Source of the DNA: Deltaproteobacteria bacterium
GTDB taxonomy: Bacteria; Desulfobacterota; Binatia; UBA12015
NCBI GenBank assembly: GCA_046583355.1
Contig: JAYGCM010000057.1
Span: 37,887 to 101,886, forward strand
Direction: 5' to 3'
Length of the DNA stretch: 64,000 nt
The stretch's first letter is position 1, and every line of letters starts with the position of its first letter. Of this stretch, positions 30,209 through 39,537 are shown piece by piece. Under the pieces are notes generated by a model. It was not told the origin of the DNA, made no database searches, and saw nothing but the letters and a program-made list of their open reading frames with translations. The translations under genes were made by a program, and so were the position numbers.

Positions 30209-31264
30209 TCAGCCTGCGGGCTGCGCTGCGGCGCCTGCCTGCAAGGCGGCCTCGACCTCGGCGAAAACCTCGGCAACGCCGATCTCTGTCATTGCTGCGG
30301 CGCCGCCTGTGGCCGCGGCGCGCAAAACGCGATGGTCGCGCCCATAAGGGCGGTAGATTGCCGGATCCTTCGGGCCGAAGAGAGCCACGCAACGCACACC
30401 CTTTGCGGCCGCCAAATGCATCGGTCCGGTATCGGCCGAGACAAAGACTGCCGCGCTTTCAATCAAGGCGGCCAGATCGAGCAGCGAGGTCGGCTGCGGA
30501 CCAAGCACAGCAGCACCCTTGGCGGCGCGCAGGACTTCGCGGGCCAGACCTTCCTCGCCCGGCCCCCAAGTGACCAGCACGCGGCACTCCGCCTCGGCCT
30601 CGATGCGCGCGGCGAGGGCGCCGAAACGCTCGGCGGGCCAACGCTTGTCAGCGCCCTTATCGCTGGTGCCGGGGTGCAGGACGACAAAACGCCCTTGGTC
30701 ACACCCGGAAGCCTCGCGGCAGGCTGCCGCGCGCGCCACGGCCGCGGCCGAATGCGGCAGGATATATTCACGCTCCTGCGAGTCGATCCCAAGCGGTCCG
30801 AGCAAAGAGCAGAATTTGTCGACCCGATGCGGCGACAAGGGCGGCGGGACGACGGTCTCGGTGGCAAAAAAACGGCTACCCTCGAGCGAATGCCCTTGCG
30901 CAAAAGCGATGCGCCGCGACGCGCCCGAGAAGGCGGCATGAAATGCGCCCTTGAGGTTGCCTTGAAAATCGAGCGTCACATCCGGCGCACCCGCACGGAT
31001 CTCGGCGGCGTAGGCACGAAACTCGCGGCGCAGCGTACCCCACGCGCGCGGGCCGGCGCGCAGCAACTCGCGGAAACGACAGCGCTCGAAGACATATACA
31101 TGGTCGATACAGGGGTGCCCAATCAGGAGTTCCGCAGCGCGGTCTTCTACGACGAACGAGATCCTCGCCTCCGGCCGTGCCCGGCGCAGCAGCGTCAGGG
31201 CGGGCAGCGTATTGATCACATCCCCGATGGCGCTCAGGCGGATCAGCAGGAAACGATCGGGCAC
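30209..31264 (-). CDS. Glycosyltransferase family 9 (LPS heptosyltransferase-like)
   Basis: LLIRLSAIGDVI, LDFQGNLK, LHPGTS...KRWP.ERF, DTGPMHLAAA, ALFGP. Confidence 0.92.
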   Translation of the reverse strand: MPDRFLLIRLSAIGDVINTLPALTLLRRARPEARISFVVEDRAAELLIGHPCIDHVYVFERCRFRELLRAGPRAWGTLRREFRAYAAEIRAGAPDVTLDFQGNLKGAFHAAFSGASRRIAFAQGHSLEGSRFFATETVVPPPLSPHRVDKFCSLLGPLGIDSQEREYILPHSAAAVARAAACREASGCDQGRFVVLHPGTSDKGADKRWPAERFGALAARIEAEAECRVLVTWGPGEEGLAREVLRAAKGAAVLGPQPTSLLDLAALIESAAVFVSADTGPMHLAAAKGVRCVALFGPKDPAIYRPYGRDHRVLRAAATGGAAAMTEIGVAEVFAEVEAALQAGAAAQPAG

Positions 31265-31444
31265 GAGGCTTTCCTAGAGGTCCGGCCGAAAAGTGCAACG
31301 AAGCACAAAACCGCGGGGTCCAACCGGCGCAGGAACCCGACCGAGAGCACAACGCCTGGAGGCCCGAGGAAACGCGGCCGCTTCCGGGTTGCGGCCCGCG
31401 CTGATACGCTACCCACGAAGCTGCGGTTCGACTGCGGCGCGACG

Positions 31445-32533
31445 ATGCCAGGAGCGCCGACCTTGAAAGCCCAGATCGACAGCCCGCATTTCGCCTCGCT
31501 CGACGGACTCCGCGGAGCGGCGGCCCTCATCGTGGTCTTCACGCATTGTTGTGGGGCCATCGCGCGGACACCGGAGATGGACTTCTGGATCTACCAAACG
31601 CCGCTGCGCATTCTCGCGGCCCCGGCAGGCGCGGTGCAGGTCTTCTTCGCGCTCAGCGGCTGGGTGCTGGCCTATTCGCTCTCGCGCCGCAGCCGACCGA
31701 GCGATACGGCACGCTATTACCTGCGTCGCGTGCTGCGCATCCATCCGCCCTATATCGCCGCCGTACTGCTGGCCTGGGGCCTGAGCTTCCTCTATGTGGC
31801 CCTGCCCGATGCCGTCGGATTGAACGGCTGGTTCAAGTCCAACCTCAAGGTTCACCTCTTGCCCGAGCAGGTAGCCATGGCCCTGCGCTTTCCCGGCTCA
31901 GCCAGCGGCCAACTGCCGATCGGCTGGTCGCTGGCCGTCGAGATGATCTTCTCGTTTCTGATGCCGATCTTCTGCCTCGTTGCCACGCGGCTGCATTGGG
32001 CCGTGTTGGTGCCGGTGCTTGTCTATTCCTTCTCGAGCTCAAGCGAGTTCCCGGTGCTGCGTTGGTCTTTCGATTTCATTTTCGGAATGACGCTCTTCCT
32101 GGAACGCGAGCGCATCGCGGCCTTGGCGCGGCGCGTGCCGTCCTGGGGCCACGCCCTCTTCTTTGCCCTGACACTGGCCCTCTTTACGTGGCCAACCCAG
32201 ATCTTCAAATCACCGCCGGAAATCCTGCGTGTCGCCATCGGCTCGGTCTTCTTCGTCGCCTCCGTGCTCTATATCCCTTGGGTCAGGCGGTTCTTTGCCA
32301 CCAAGCCGATGACCGAATTGGGGCGGATCTCCTACAGCCTCTATCTCGTCCACTTCCCGATCCTGCTGGTGCTGGCGCCGCATCTCGTAGTGCCGGGCTG
32401 GCCCTGGCTGAGTCTCCTGACAGTGCTTGTCGGTGTCGTCACCACCAGCCTGATCGCCGGCGATCTGGCCTGGCGGGCCGTCGAGCGGCCCTCCATGCAC
32501 CTCGGCCGCTGGCTAGCGAAACGAATTCCTTGA
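31445..32533 (+). CDS. Acyltransferase family 3 (membrane O-acyltransferase)
   Basis: LDGLRGAAALIVVFTH, VQVFFALSGWVL, RRVLRIHPPY, WSLAVEMIF, LGRISYSLYLVHFP, VERP. Confidence 0.92.
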   Translation: MPGAPTLKAQIDSPHFASLDGLRGAAALIVVFTHCCGAIARTPEMDFWIYQTPLRILAAPAGAVQVFFALSGWVLAYSLSRRSRPSDTARYYLRRVLRIHPPYIAAVLLAWGLSFLYVALPDAVGLNGWFKSNLKVHLLPEQVAMALRFPGSASGQLPIGWSLAVEMIFSFLMPIFCLVATRLHWAVLVPVLVYSFSSSSEFPVLRWSFDFIFGMTLFLERERIAALARRVPSWGHALFFALTLALFTWPTQIFKSPPEILRVAIGSVFFVASVLYIPWVRRFFATKPMTELGRISYSLYLVHFPILLVLAPHLVVPGWPWLSLLTVLVGVVTTSLIAGDLAWRAVERPSMHLGRWLAKRIP

Positions 32534-32643
32534 AGCCTCCGGGTCCCGCACACCTCTCCCGCGCCGCCACCTCTCACTCAATTTGAGCCGCCTGGCCGCA
32601 GCCCGGATGTTGCACTTTTCTGCCCGGCCTCTAGAAGTGGCCC

Positions 32644-33117
32644 ATGGTACGCAGGGACTTCCTTCAATCAGCATCCTCACTCGGGCTCGGGGCCGCCTTG
32701 GCCTCTCTCTTCGGCATAGGCGACGCCGAAGCGATGGCGACGGCAGACAGCAGGGAGGCCCGCCTGCGCGAGGACGACCTGATCTATCTCTCGACCCGCC
32801 GCAAAAGCGGCGCTTGGAGTTCGCAGGCGCCGATCTGGTTCTGGTTCGATGATCAGACGATCTACTTCAGCTGCTCGCCCGAGAGCTGGAAGGCGAAACG
32901 CCTGGGCGAAGGCGGCCCTGTCCGCATTCGCGTCGGCAGCGACGATGGCCCGGAGGTCATCGGCCAGGCCACACGCATCCACGACCTCGGCCTCGTGGAC
33001 CGTCTCGGCGACGCTTGGTCCAACAAATACTGGGTTGCCTGGTTGGGCTTCTTTCGCCCCCGCCGCGACCGCATCGAAAGCGGCAAGACCTACGCCTACC
33101 AGGTCAAGATCGACTAG
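32644..33117 (+). CDS. Pyridoxamine 5'-phosphate oxidase-like split-barrel protein with twin-arginine signal
   Basis: MVRRDFLQ..h-region..DAEA signal, then IYLSTRRKSG...PIWFWFD..IYFS....WKAKRL....VRIRVG. Confidence 0.72.
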   Translation: MVRRDFLQSASSLGLGAALASLFGIGDAEAMATADSREARLREDDLIYLSTRRKSGAWSSQAPIWFWFDDQTIYFSCSPESWKAKRLGEGGPVRIRVGSDDGPEVIGQATRIHDLGLVDRLGDAWSNKYWVAWLGFFRPRRDRIESGKTYAYQVKID

Positions 33118-33123
33118 AAGTCC

Positions 33124-33151
33124 GGCCGGGAAGCAGCGCTGCTTCCCGGCC
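33124..33151. terminator. Perfect 28-nt palindrome between convergent genes (possible bidirectional terminator)
   Basis: GGCCGGGAAGCAGC|GCTGCTTCCCGGCC; no U-tails. Confidence 0.55.
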
Positions 33152-33168
33152 AGACCGCTCGCGCTGTC

Positions 33169-33828
33169 TCAGCTGCGGTGCGTGCCCCATTGGTTCCAAT
33201 GCGTCAACTGGCCGGCCGGAAGGCGCTTGGCCTCCTTGAAATCGTCACCGGTATAATAGGCAACGGGGAAGAGGACGGCTTGGGTCACGTCGGCCGGAAG
33301 GCCGAGTAATTCGGCGACCTTGGCCTCCTCGAAAAGGTGAATCGTCGTCCAGGCCATGCCCAACCCGCGCGCGCGCCCGGCCAGCATGAACGACCAGGCC
33401 GCCGGAAGGATCGATCCGTAGATCGAGGCCTGCGCGGCCAGAGGTCCGGTCTCGACGCGCCCCTCAATGCAAAAGATCACCAATGCCGGCGCCTCCTGCA
33501 TATGCTCGGCGAGGTAGCTTGCCGAACTGACGACCCGATCCATCTGGCCGGTGCGCATATCATCGCTGGCGAAGGGGGCCGGCATCGACTCGCGCATGGC
33601 GGCATAGCCCGCGAAGCCTTGGCGGTAGACATCGGCGATGGCCGCCTTCTTGTCGGCATCGGTCACGACGACCACGCTCCAGCCCTGCATATTCGAACCC
33701 GTAGGTGCCTGGAAGGCGACCTCGAGGCATTCTTCGATCAACTCGGGAGCAACCGGCTTGTTGAAATCCAGGCGTTTGCGCACCGAGCGGGTGGTGCGCA
33801 GCATCTTGTCAGCAGAAATCGTCGTCAT
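33169..33828 (-). CDS. Nitroreductase family protein
   Basis: TTRSVRKRLD, AFQAPTGSNMQGW, SILPAAWSFMLAGRARGLGMAWTT. Confidence 0.92.
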   Translation of the reverse strand: MTTISADKMLRTTRSVRKRLDFNKPVAPELIEECLEVAFQAPTGSNMQGWSVVVVTDADKKAAIADVYRQGFAGYAAMRESMPAPFASDDMRTGQMDRVVSSASYLAEHMQEAPALVIFCIEGRVETGPLAAQASIYGSILPAAWSFMLAGRARGLGMAWTTIHLFEEAKVAELLGLPADVTQAVLFPVAYYTGDDFKEAKRLPAGQLTHWNQWGTHRS

Positions 33829-33855
33829 CGAAAAATACCCTTGGGTTAGAAGCGT

Positions 33856-34380
33856 TCAATCCTGATCGGCGGGATCGTCTTGGGTGAGAACGCCAGTAAA
33901 AAGAAGCAGCACGACGCCTATGCTGATGAAGGAATCGGCGACATTGAAGGCCGGCCAATGCCAATCACCGATATAGACATCGAGGAAATCGATCACCGAG
34001 CCATAGGCGAGCCGGTCAATCGTGTTGCCCAGCGCGCCCCCCAGCACGAAGGCACATGCGATCAGCGTGCGCTTGTCCTGCGGCGGCGTCACGCGCACGA
34101 AATAGCCGATCGCGCCGACCGCGATCACGGCCACGCCGAGAAAGAAGGGCTCGCGAAAGCTCGCGGGCAGGTCCGAGAACATGCTGAAGGCGGCACCGGT
34201 ATTGCGCACATAGGTAAGCGAGAAGAAGCCGTCGATCACCGGAATCGATTGATAGAGCCGCATATCGGCGTCGATCCAGAGTTTGGTCCATTGGTCGGCG
34301 ACGATGATCGCCAACGCGAGGATGCCGACCAGCGCGTATTTGCCGCCGCTGCCAGCCGACTCGGTATCGTCAGCCGGCAT
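33856..34380 (-). CDS. lspA: Lipoprotein signal peptidase II
   Basis: DQWTK, RNTGAAFS, GGALGNTIDR, VIDFLD, WPAFNVADSFI; directly downstream of ileS. Confidence 0.96.
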   Translation of the reverse strand: MPADDTESAGSGGKYALVGILALAIIVADQWTKLWIDADMRLYQSIPVIDGFFSLTYVRNTGAAFSMFSDLPASFREPFFLGVAVIAVGAIGYFVRVTPPQDKRTLIACAFVLGGALGNTIDRLAYGSVIDFLDVYIGDWHWPAFNVADSFISIGVVLLLFTGVLTQDDPADQD

Positions 34381-37219
34381 CGGGCTCACCTTCGACCTCA
34401 GCCGGACGCTCGATACGCGAGAGCACATCCGCACAACGTCCGCAGACTTCGCTGAACGCGGCCTCCGCACCGACATCGTCGCGGTAGATCCAGCAGCGCT
34501 CGCATTTCTCACCGCTGGTGCGGCGCACCGCTACTCCGAGGCCGGCGCAAAGATCACTCTCGGGCAGCCCCGCCTCGAGGCTCACGCTGGAGACGATCAA
34601 CAACTCCGGCAACTGCTCCTCATGTTCGCGCAGCAGATCGCCCAAGGCGCCGTCCGCGCTCAGGGCGACATGTGCCTCGAGCGAATGGCCGAGGTGGCCG
34701 GCCTGACGCTCGGTCTCGATGGCCTTGGTGGCCGCCGCACGCACCTCCAGCAAGCGATCGAAGGTCGCCGCAAGCTGGTCGTCGCGCCAGGCCGCGGGCG
34801 GCACCGGGAAGTCGAGCAATAAGGCACTCTCGGGATCACCCTCGCGGTGCACCAGGGAGGACCAGACATCGTCGGCGAGAAAGGAGAGAATCGGTGCGGC
34901 CATGCCGACCAGGCCGCGCACGATTTCATACATGACGGTCTGCGCGGCGCGGCGCTCGGCATCGTCCGGCGCGCTGCAATAGAGCCGGTCTTTGACCACA
35001 TCGAGATAACGCGCGCTCAGATCGGTCGCGCAATAATTATTCAGCAGGTGGTAGACCGTGTGGAACTCGTAGGCCTCATAGCCGTTGCGCGCGCGCTCCT
35101 GGGCCCGCGAGAGGCGGTCCAGAGCCCAGCGTTCCAGCTCGGGCAGATCGGCGTAGTCCACGGCGTGCAGGGCGGGGTCGAAATCACCAAGGTTGCCCAG
35201 CAGGAAACGCGAGGTATTGCGCAGGCGTCGGTAGGCCTCGACGAGGTGACTGAGAATCTCTTCAGAGAAACTCACATCACTACGGTAATCCTCGGCAGCC
35301 ACCCAAAGACGCAGGATATCGGCGCCGAATTTCTTGATGATCTTGTCGGGCGAGAGCGCGTTGCCGACAGATTTCGACATCTTGCGGCCCTTGCCGTCAA
35401 GAATGAAGCCGTGTGTGAGGCACGCCTTGTACGGCGCCCGGCCACGGTTCGCGACCGAGGTCAGCAGCGAGGTATGAAACCAGCCACGGTGCTGGTCGGA
35501 GCCCTCAAGGTAGAGATCCGCCGGCACGCGCAAGGAATCCTTTTTCTCCAACACCGAGGCATGGCTCACACCGGAGTCAAACCACACATCGAGGATATCA
35601 TTCTCCTTGATGAGCTTCGTGCTCTGACACGAGGGACAGACAAAACCCGGCGGCAACAATTCCGCCAACGGCCGCGCCCACCAGGCATCCGAGCCTTCGG
35701 TCTCCACGATATCGGCCACATGATCGGCCATCGCGCCGTCGAGGTGCGACGCCCCGCAATCTTCGCAATGCACGGCGACAATCGGCACGCCCCAGGAACG
35801 CTGGCGCGAAATGCACCAATCCGGGCGCCCTTCGATCATGCCGCGAATCCGCGCGCGTCCCCACTCGGGGATCCATTGAACCTCGTCGATCTCGGCCAGG
35901 GCCTTCTTGCGCAGGTCGGCGTGCTCCATCGACACGAACCATTGCTCGGTGGCGCGGAAGAAAAGCGGCTTCCGGCAGCGCCAACAATGCGGGAAACTAT
36001 GCTCCAGCGTCGCATGGGCCACCAGCGTGCCGGCCTTGGCCAGCGTCTCGATGACCAGAGGGTCGGCATCGCGAATCTTCACGCCGACGAATTCGGGGAC
36101 TTCGTCCGTGAAGCAGCCTAAGGAGTCGACCGGCGAGTAGGCGTCTATGCCGTAGCGCAGGCCGATTTCGTAATCTTCCTGGCCGTGACCGGGAGCCGTA
36201 TGCACGACGCCCGTGCCACTCTCGAGCGTCACATGGTCGCCCAAGAGGACCGGCACTTTGCGCTCGAGCCAAGGATGGTCGAGTTGCATTTTCTCGAGCT
36301 TGCGCGGGTCGACCGCGATGCGCTCGCTGCCGGCGTTCTCCGTAAGCCCGGCCTCCTTGAGGAAGGTCTCGGCCAAACCGGCCGCGACTACCAGGAGTTC
36401 GTCGTCGACCGAGAGCGCCACGTATTCAAGCGCCGGGTTGAGCGAGATCGCCAACGAGGCAGGCAGGGTCCAGGGCGTCGTGGTCCAAGCGACCAACGAG
36501 ACCTTCTCGCATGCGGCGAGTATCTCCTGGCCCTTGCCCGTCGCGCTGCGCGCCACGGCTTCGCGGTCGTAGACGCGGTAGCGGATCCAGATGCTCGGCG
36601 AGCGCTTGTCCTGGTACTCAACCTCGGCCTCGGCCAGCGCTGTGGCACACGACGAGCACCAATAGACCGGCTTCTTCTTGCGATAGAGCGAACCGGAGGC
36701 GGCGAGTTTGCCGAGCTCGCGGATTTCCTGGGCCTCGTAGGCGGGCGTGAGCGTCAGGTAGGGGTCTTGGAAATCACCGACCACGCCGAGTCGCTCGATG
36801 CCCTCGCGCTGCAAGCCGACGAATTTCATCGCGTAGTCGGCACAGAGCCGGCGCACCTCGACGGCCGAGAGCTCAGCCTTTTTCTTGCGGCCGATTTCTT
36901 TTTCGACCTGAAGTTCGATCGGCAAGCCGTGGCAATCCCAGCCCGGCGTAAACGGCGCGCGGTAGCCGGCCATGGTCCGGTATTTAACGACCAGATCCTT
37001 GAGCACGCGGTTCATCACATGGCCCAGATGCATCACGCCGTTGGCGTAGGGCGGGCCATCATGCAGGACGAAAAGTGGTGCCTCGGCACGGTTCTCGAGC
37101 ATCCGCTCGTAGAGGCGGCCCTCGGCCCAGGTCGCCAGGCGCTCGGGCTCGCGCTTGGCGGCATTGGCGCGCATGGGAAAATCGGTCTGCGGCAGGTTCA
37201 GGGTCGCACGGTAGTCCAT
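34370..37219 (-). CDS. ileS: Isoleucine--tRNA ligase (type 1)
   Basis: LHDGPPYANGVMHLGH, GWDCHGLPIE, WTTTPWTLP, EGSDQHRGWF, KMSKS, and a C-terminal CERCW..CGRC zinc site. Confidence 0.98.
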   Translation of the reverse strand: MDYRATLNLPQTDFPMRANAAKREPERLATWAEGRLYERMLENRAEAPLFVLHDGPPYANGVMHLGHVMNRVLKDLVVKYRTMAGYRAPFTPGWDCHGLPIELQVEKEIGRKKKAELSAVEVRRLCADYAMKFVGLQREGIERLGVVGDFQDPYLTLTPAYEAQEIRELGKLAASGSLYRKKKPVYWCSSCATALAEAEVEYQDKRSPSIWIRYRVYDREAVARSATGKGQEILAACEKVSLVAWTTTPWTLPASLAISLNPALEYVALSVDDELLVVAAGLAETFLKEAGLTENAGSERIAVDPRKLEKMQLDHPWLERKVPVLLGDHVTLESGTGVVHTAPGHGQEDYEIGLRYGIDAYSPVDSLGCFTDEVPEFVGVKIRDADPLVIETLAKAGTLVAHATLEHSFPHCWRCRKPLFFRATEQWFVSMEHADLRKKALAEIDEVQWIPEWGRARIRGMIEGRPDWCISRQRSWGVPIVAVHCEDCGASHLDGAMADHVADIVETEGSDAWWARPLAELLPPGFVCPSCQSTKLIKENDILDVWFDSGVSHASVLEKKDSLRVPADLYLEGSDQHRGWFHTSLLTSVANRGRAPYKACLTHGFILDGKGRKMSKSVGNALSPDKIIKKFGADILRLWVAAEDYRSDVSFSEEILSHLVEAYRRLRNTSRFLLGNLGDFDPALHAVDYADLPELERWALDRLSRAQERARNGYEAYEFHTVYHLLNNYCATDLSARYLDVVKDRLYCSAPDDAERRAAQTVMYEIVRGLVGMAAPILSFLADDVWSSLVHREGDPESALLLDFPVPPAAWRDDQLAATFDRLLEVRAAATKAIETERQAGHLGHSLEAHVALSADGALGDLLREHEEQLPELLIVSSVSLEAGLPESDLCAGLGVAVRRTSGEKCERCWIYRDDVGAEAAFSEVCGRCADVLSRIERPAEVEGEPDAG

Positions 37220-37380
37220 CAGGAACGTCTCACGCGCTGATAGGGACCTTCATTGAGGCTCGAATCTCCGATTTGCACAGCAAATTGGGTCGTCGTTGGC
37301 GACCTCGATGTCAACTCCGGCCGGGCCTGCGCTGAGCCCGGCTGGACTTCAGGGTCCCGTGCGGAGAAAGCTCCGGGTGG

Positions 37381-39423
37381 ATGTTCAGACCACACCCCTT
37401 CTGCGAACGAGGCTCGCACCGGCGCCTGGCACCACTTCTCGCCGGCCTCACCCTTGTCCTGCTGGGTGCGTGCCAGGCTTCCGAGCCGCGGCTCGCGCCC
37501 CTCTATTTTCTGGAGCAAGAGCTGGCCGGCGGGCTGCGAGCCGACGAGGTGCCGATCTGCGAGGTACGCAGCGAGCTGCGCCCATCCATCGGCTGTGGCA
37601 AGGCGCTCACCCTCGGGCGCCAGAAGCTCGCCTGGCCCGAAGGCGATTCAGCTCAGGCCAGCCACACCCTGCGTGCCCCTCTCACCATCCCCCTGCTGAT
37701 CGCAGCCAAGCTCGGCGCGGCGCCGCTCACAGGCTCAATTCCCGTGGCCCCCTTTCGTCTCCCGGCAGGTACCGGCAACTTCACGCTCAGCCTGCCCGTG
37801 ACAGACCTGGCCCCGCACGCGACGTTGCGCCTCAACGTCATCGCCTACCCGATCCACCCACGCCCCCGGCGCAAGACGCACTCGCTTGCCATCCCGGCGC
37901 GAGCCAGCCTGACGGTCAGCCTCGGCGTTCGTGAAGAAGCCCGTCAGGCCAAGCTCGGCACGATCCGCTTTCACCTCAGCGCGCACGACGAAGACGGCAA
38001 CCAAATCTCTCTGCTCGACGAAACGCTCACGCCCGAAGCGCTCCGCAGCGGATGGAACGACCGCCGGATCGACCTCGCCCACCTCGGCGGCCGTAAGGTA
38101 AGCTTTCATTTTGCCACCGAGGCCACCGAGGAATTCGCCGGCATGCTGCCGCTCTGGGGGGCACCGCAGGTCCTCGCACCCGTTGCCGATGCGAACGTAC
38201 CCAATCTGCTCTTGATCTCGCTCGATACCATGCGTGCAGACATGATCGGCATGCAACTCGCCGGGCGACCCGTGACACCCTTTCTCGAGAGCCTGATCGC
38301 CCAGGGCACGCTCTTTTCCTCCGCGATCACCACCTTCTCCTCGACCACTGCCGCCCATATGAGCCTTTTCACCGGCGTCTACCCGCGCGTCCATGGCGTG
38401 GACTTCCCGACCCGCGTTCTCCCGCCGCAGATTCCCACGCTTGCGCGCCTGCTCGCGCAGCATGGGTGGGAAACTGCTGCGGTTACCGAGAACGGAATGA
38501 TCGGCGCGCGCAGCGGCTTTGCGCGCGGCTTCCGCTTTTATCGGGAGAACCGGGAGAGCACGAGCTCATGGGTCCAGGCGAGCCTGATACGCAAAACCTT
38601 CGCGGACGGGCTCTCCTGGATGCGCTCGCATGCCCACGACCGCTTCTTCTTCTTCCTCCATACCTACGAGGTCCACGACCCCTACCAGCCACCGCCCGAG
38701 CATGACCTCTTCCCCGCCCACGGCGGCCAACTGCAATTTGCGAAGCATGCCGGCGAGGCACATTTCGTCGATGCCGAACTCGCGAAACTCTTCGCCGCCC
38801 TGCGCGATGCAGGAATTCTGGACCAGACGATCGTGATCATCACCTCCGACCACGGCGAGAGTTTCGGGGAAGGCGGCCACGTCGGCCATAGTGGCGCCAT
38901 GGTGGAGAGCGTGATGCGAGTCCCGCTTCTCGTCTGGGCACCCGGCCGGGTGCCCGCAGGCCGGCGCATCGACACGCAGATCTCGATTGTCGATCTCATG
39001 CCGACCATTCTCGACCTGCTCGGTGCAGCGCCGCCATCGGTCTCCAACGGATATAGCCTCGCCGGATTTCTGCGCGGCGAGAAGACACCGGCGTTGCCGA
39101 CGTTGCGCTTCGCCGAGGCGCCCAACGGGAAGAACCGGACCACCCGGATCGTGGCACGAAGGGCAGACCGTAAATGGGTGATCGACCCGCTTGCGGGCGG
39201 CGCCGTGGAGGCCTTCGACCTGGGCCCCGACGGCCGCGAAAAGATCCGCGCAGCCGCGCAGACGGACACCACCGAGGGGCGGCTGCTGCAAAAGGCCTTC
39301 GAGCGTGAGGTCGCCGACACGCGCCGCCGCTTCTCGCTCGAGACCGCTGCTGCGACCGTGCTCGACACAGAGCTCGACTCGATCACGGCAAAAAAACTCA
39401 AGGCCTTAGGCTATATCGACTGA
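37381..39423 (+). CDS. Sulfatase-like hydrolase/transferase, probable lipoprotein with N-terminal extra domain
   Basis: LVLLGAC lipobox-like, NLLLISLDTMRAD, SSTTAAHMSLFTG, HTYEVHDPY, TSDHGE, C-terminal LKALGYID. Confidence 0.85.
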   Translation: MFRPHPFCERGSHRRLAPLLAGLTLVLLGACQASEPRLAPLYFLEQELAGGLRADEVPICEVRSELRPSIGCGKALTLGRQKLAWPEGDSAQASHTLRAPLTIPLLIAAKLGAAPLTGSIPVAPFRLPAGTGNFTLSLPVTDLAPHATLRLNVIAYPIHPRPRRKTHSLAIPARASLTVSLGVREEARQAKLGTIRFHLSAHDEDGNQISLLDETLTPEALRSGWNDRRIDLAHLGGRKVSFHFATEATEEFAGMLPLWGAPQVLAPVADANVPNLLLISLDTMRADMIGMQLAGRPVTPFLESLIAQGTLFSSAITTFSSTTAAHMSLFTGVYPRVHGVDFPTRVLPPQIPTLARLLAQHGWETAAVTENGMIGARSGFARGFRFYRENRESTSSWVQASLIRKTFADGLSWMRSHAHDRFFFFLHTYEVHDPYQPPPEHDLFPAHGGQLQFAKHAGEAHFVDAELAKLFAALRDAGILDQTIVIITSDHGESFGEGGHVGHSGAMVESVMRVPLLVWAPGRVPAGRRIDTQISIVDLMPTILDLLGAAPPSVSNGYSLAGFLRGEKTPALPTLRFAEAPNGKNRTTRIVARRADRKWVIDPLAGGAVEAFDLGPDGREKIRAAAQTDTTEGRLLQKAFEREVADTRRRFSLETAAATVLDTELDSITAKKLKALGYID

Positions 39424-39537
39424 GCTGGCATGCCCAGGCCAAGCGCCCGGGCCGGCACGGGTGCGAAGCTGCCAAACGTTTGGTTAGAGGGGGGGAGGAA
39501 TCAACTCGGGCGACTGGCCCGAAAGGAGCACAAGGCA

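Noticed and set aside
30131..31444. N-terminal extension making the acyltransferase 800 aa
   Set aside because: Antisense to the GT9 gene; acyltransferase motifs begin only after ATG 31445.
33121..33151. SRP RNA-like GGAAGCAGC motif
   Set aside because: It is part of a simple perfect palindrome and lacks the surrounding SRP helix structure.
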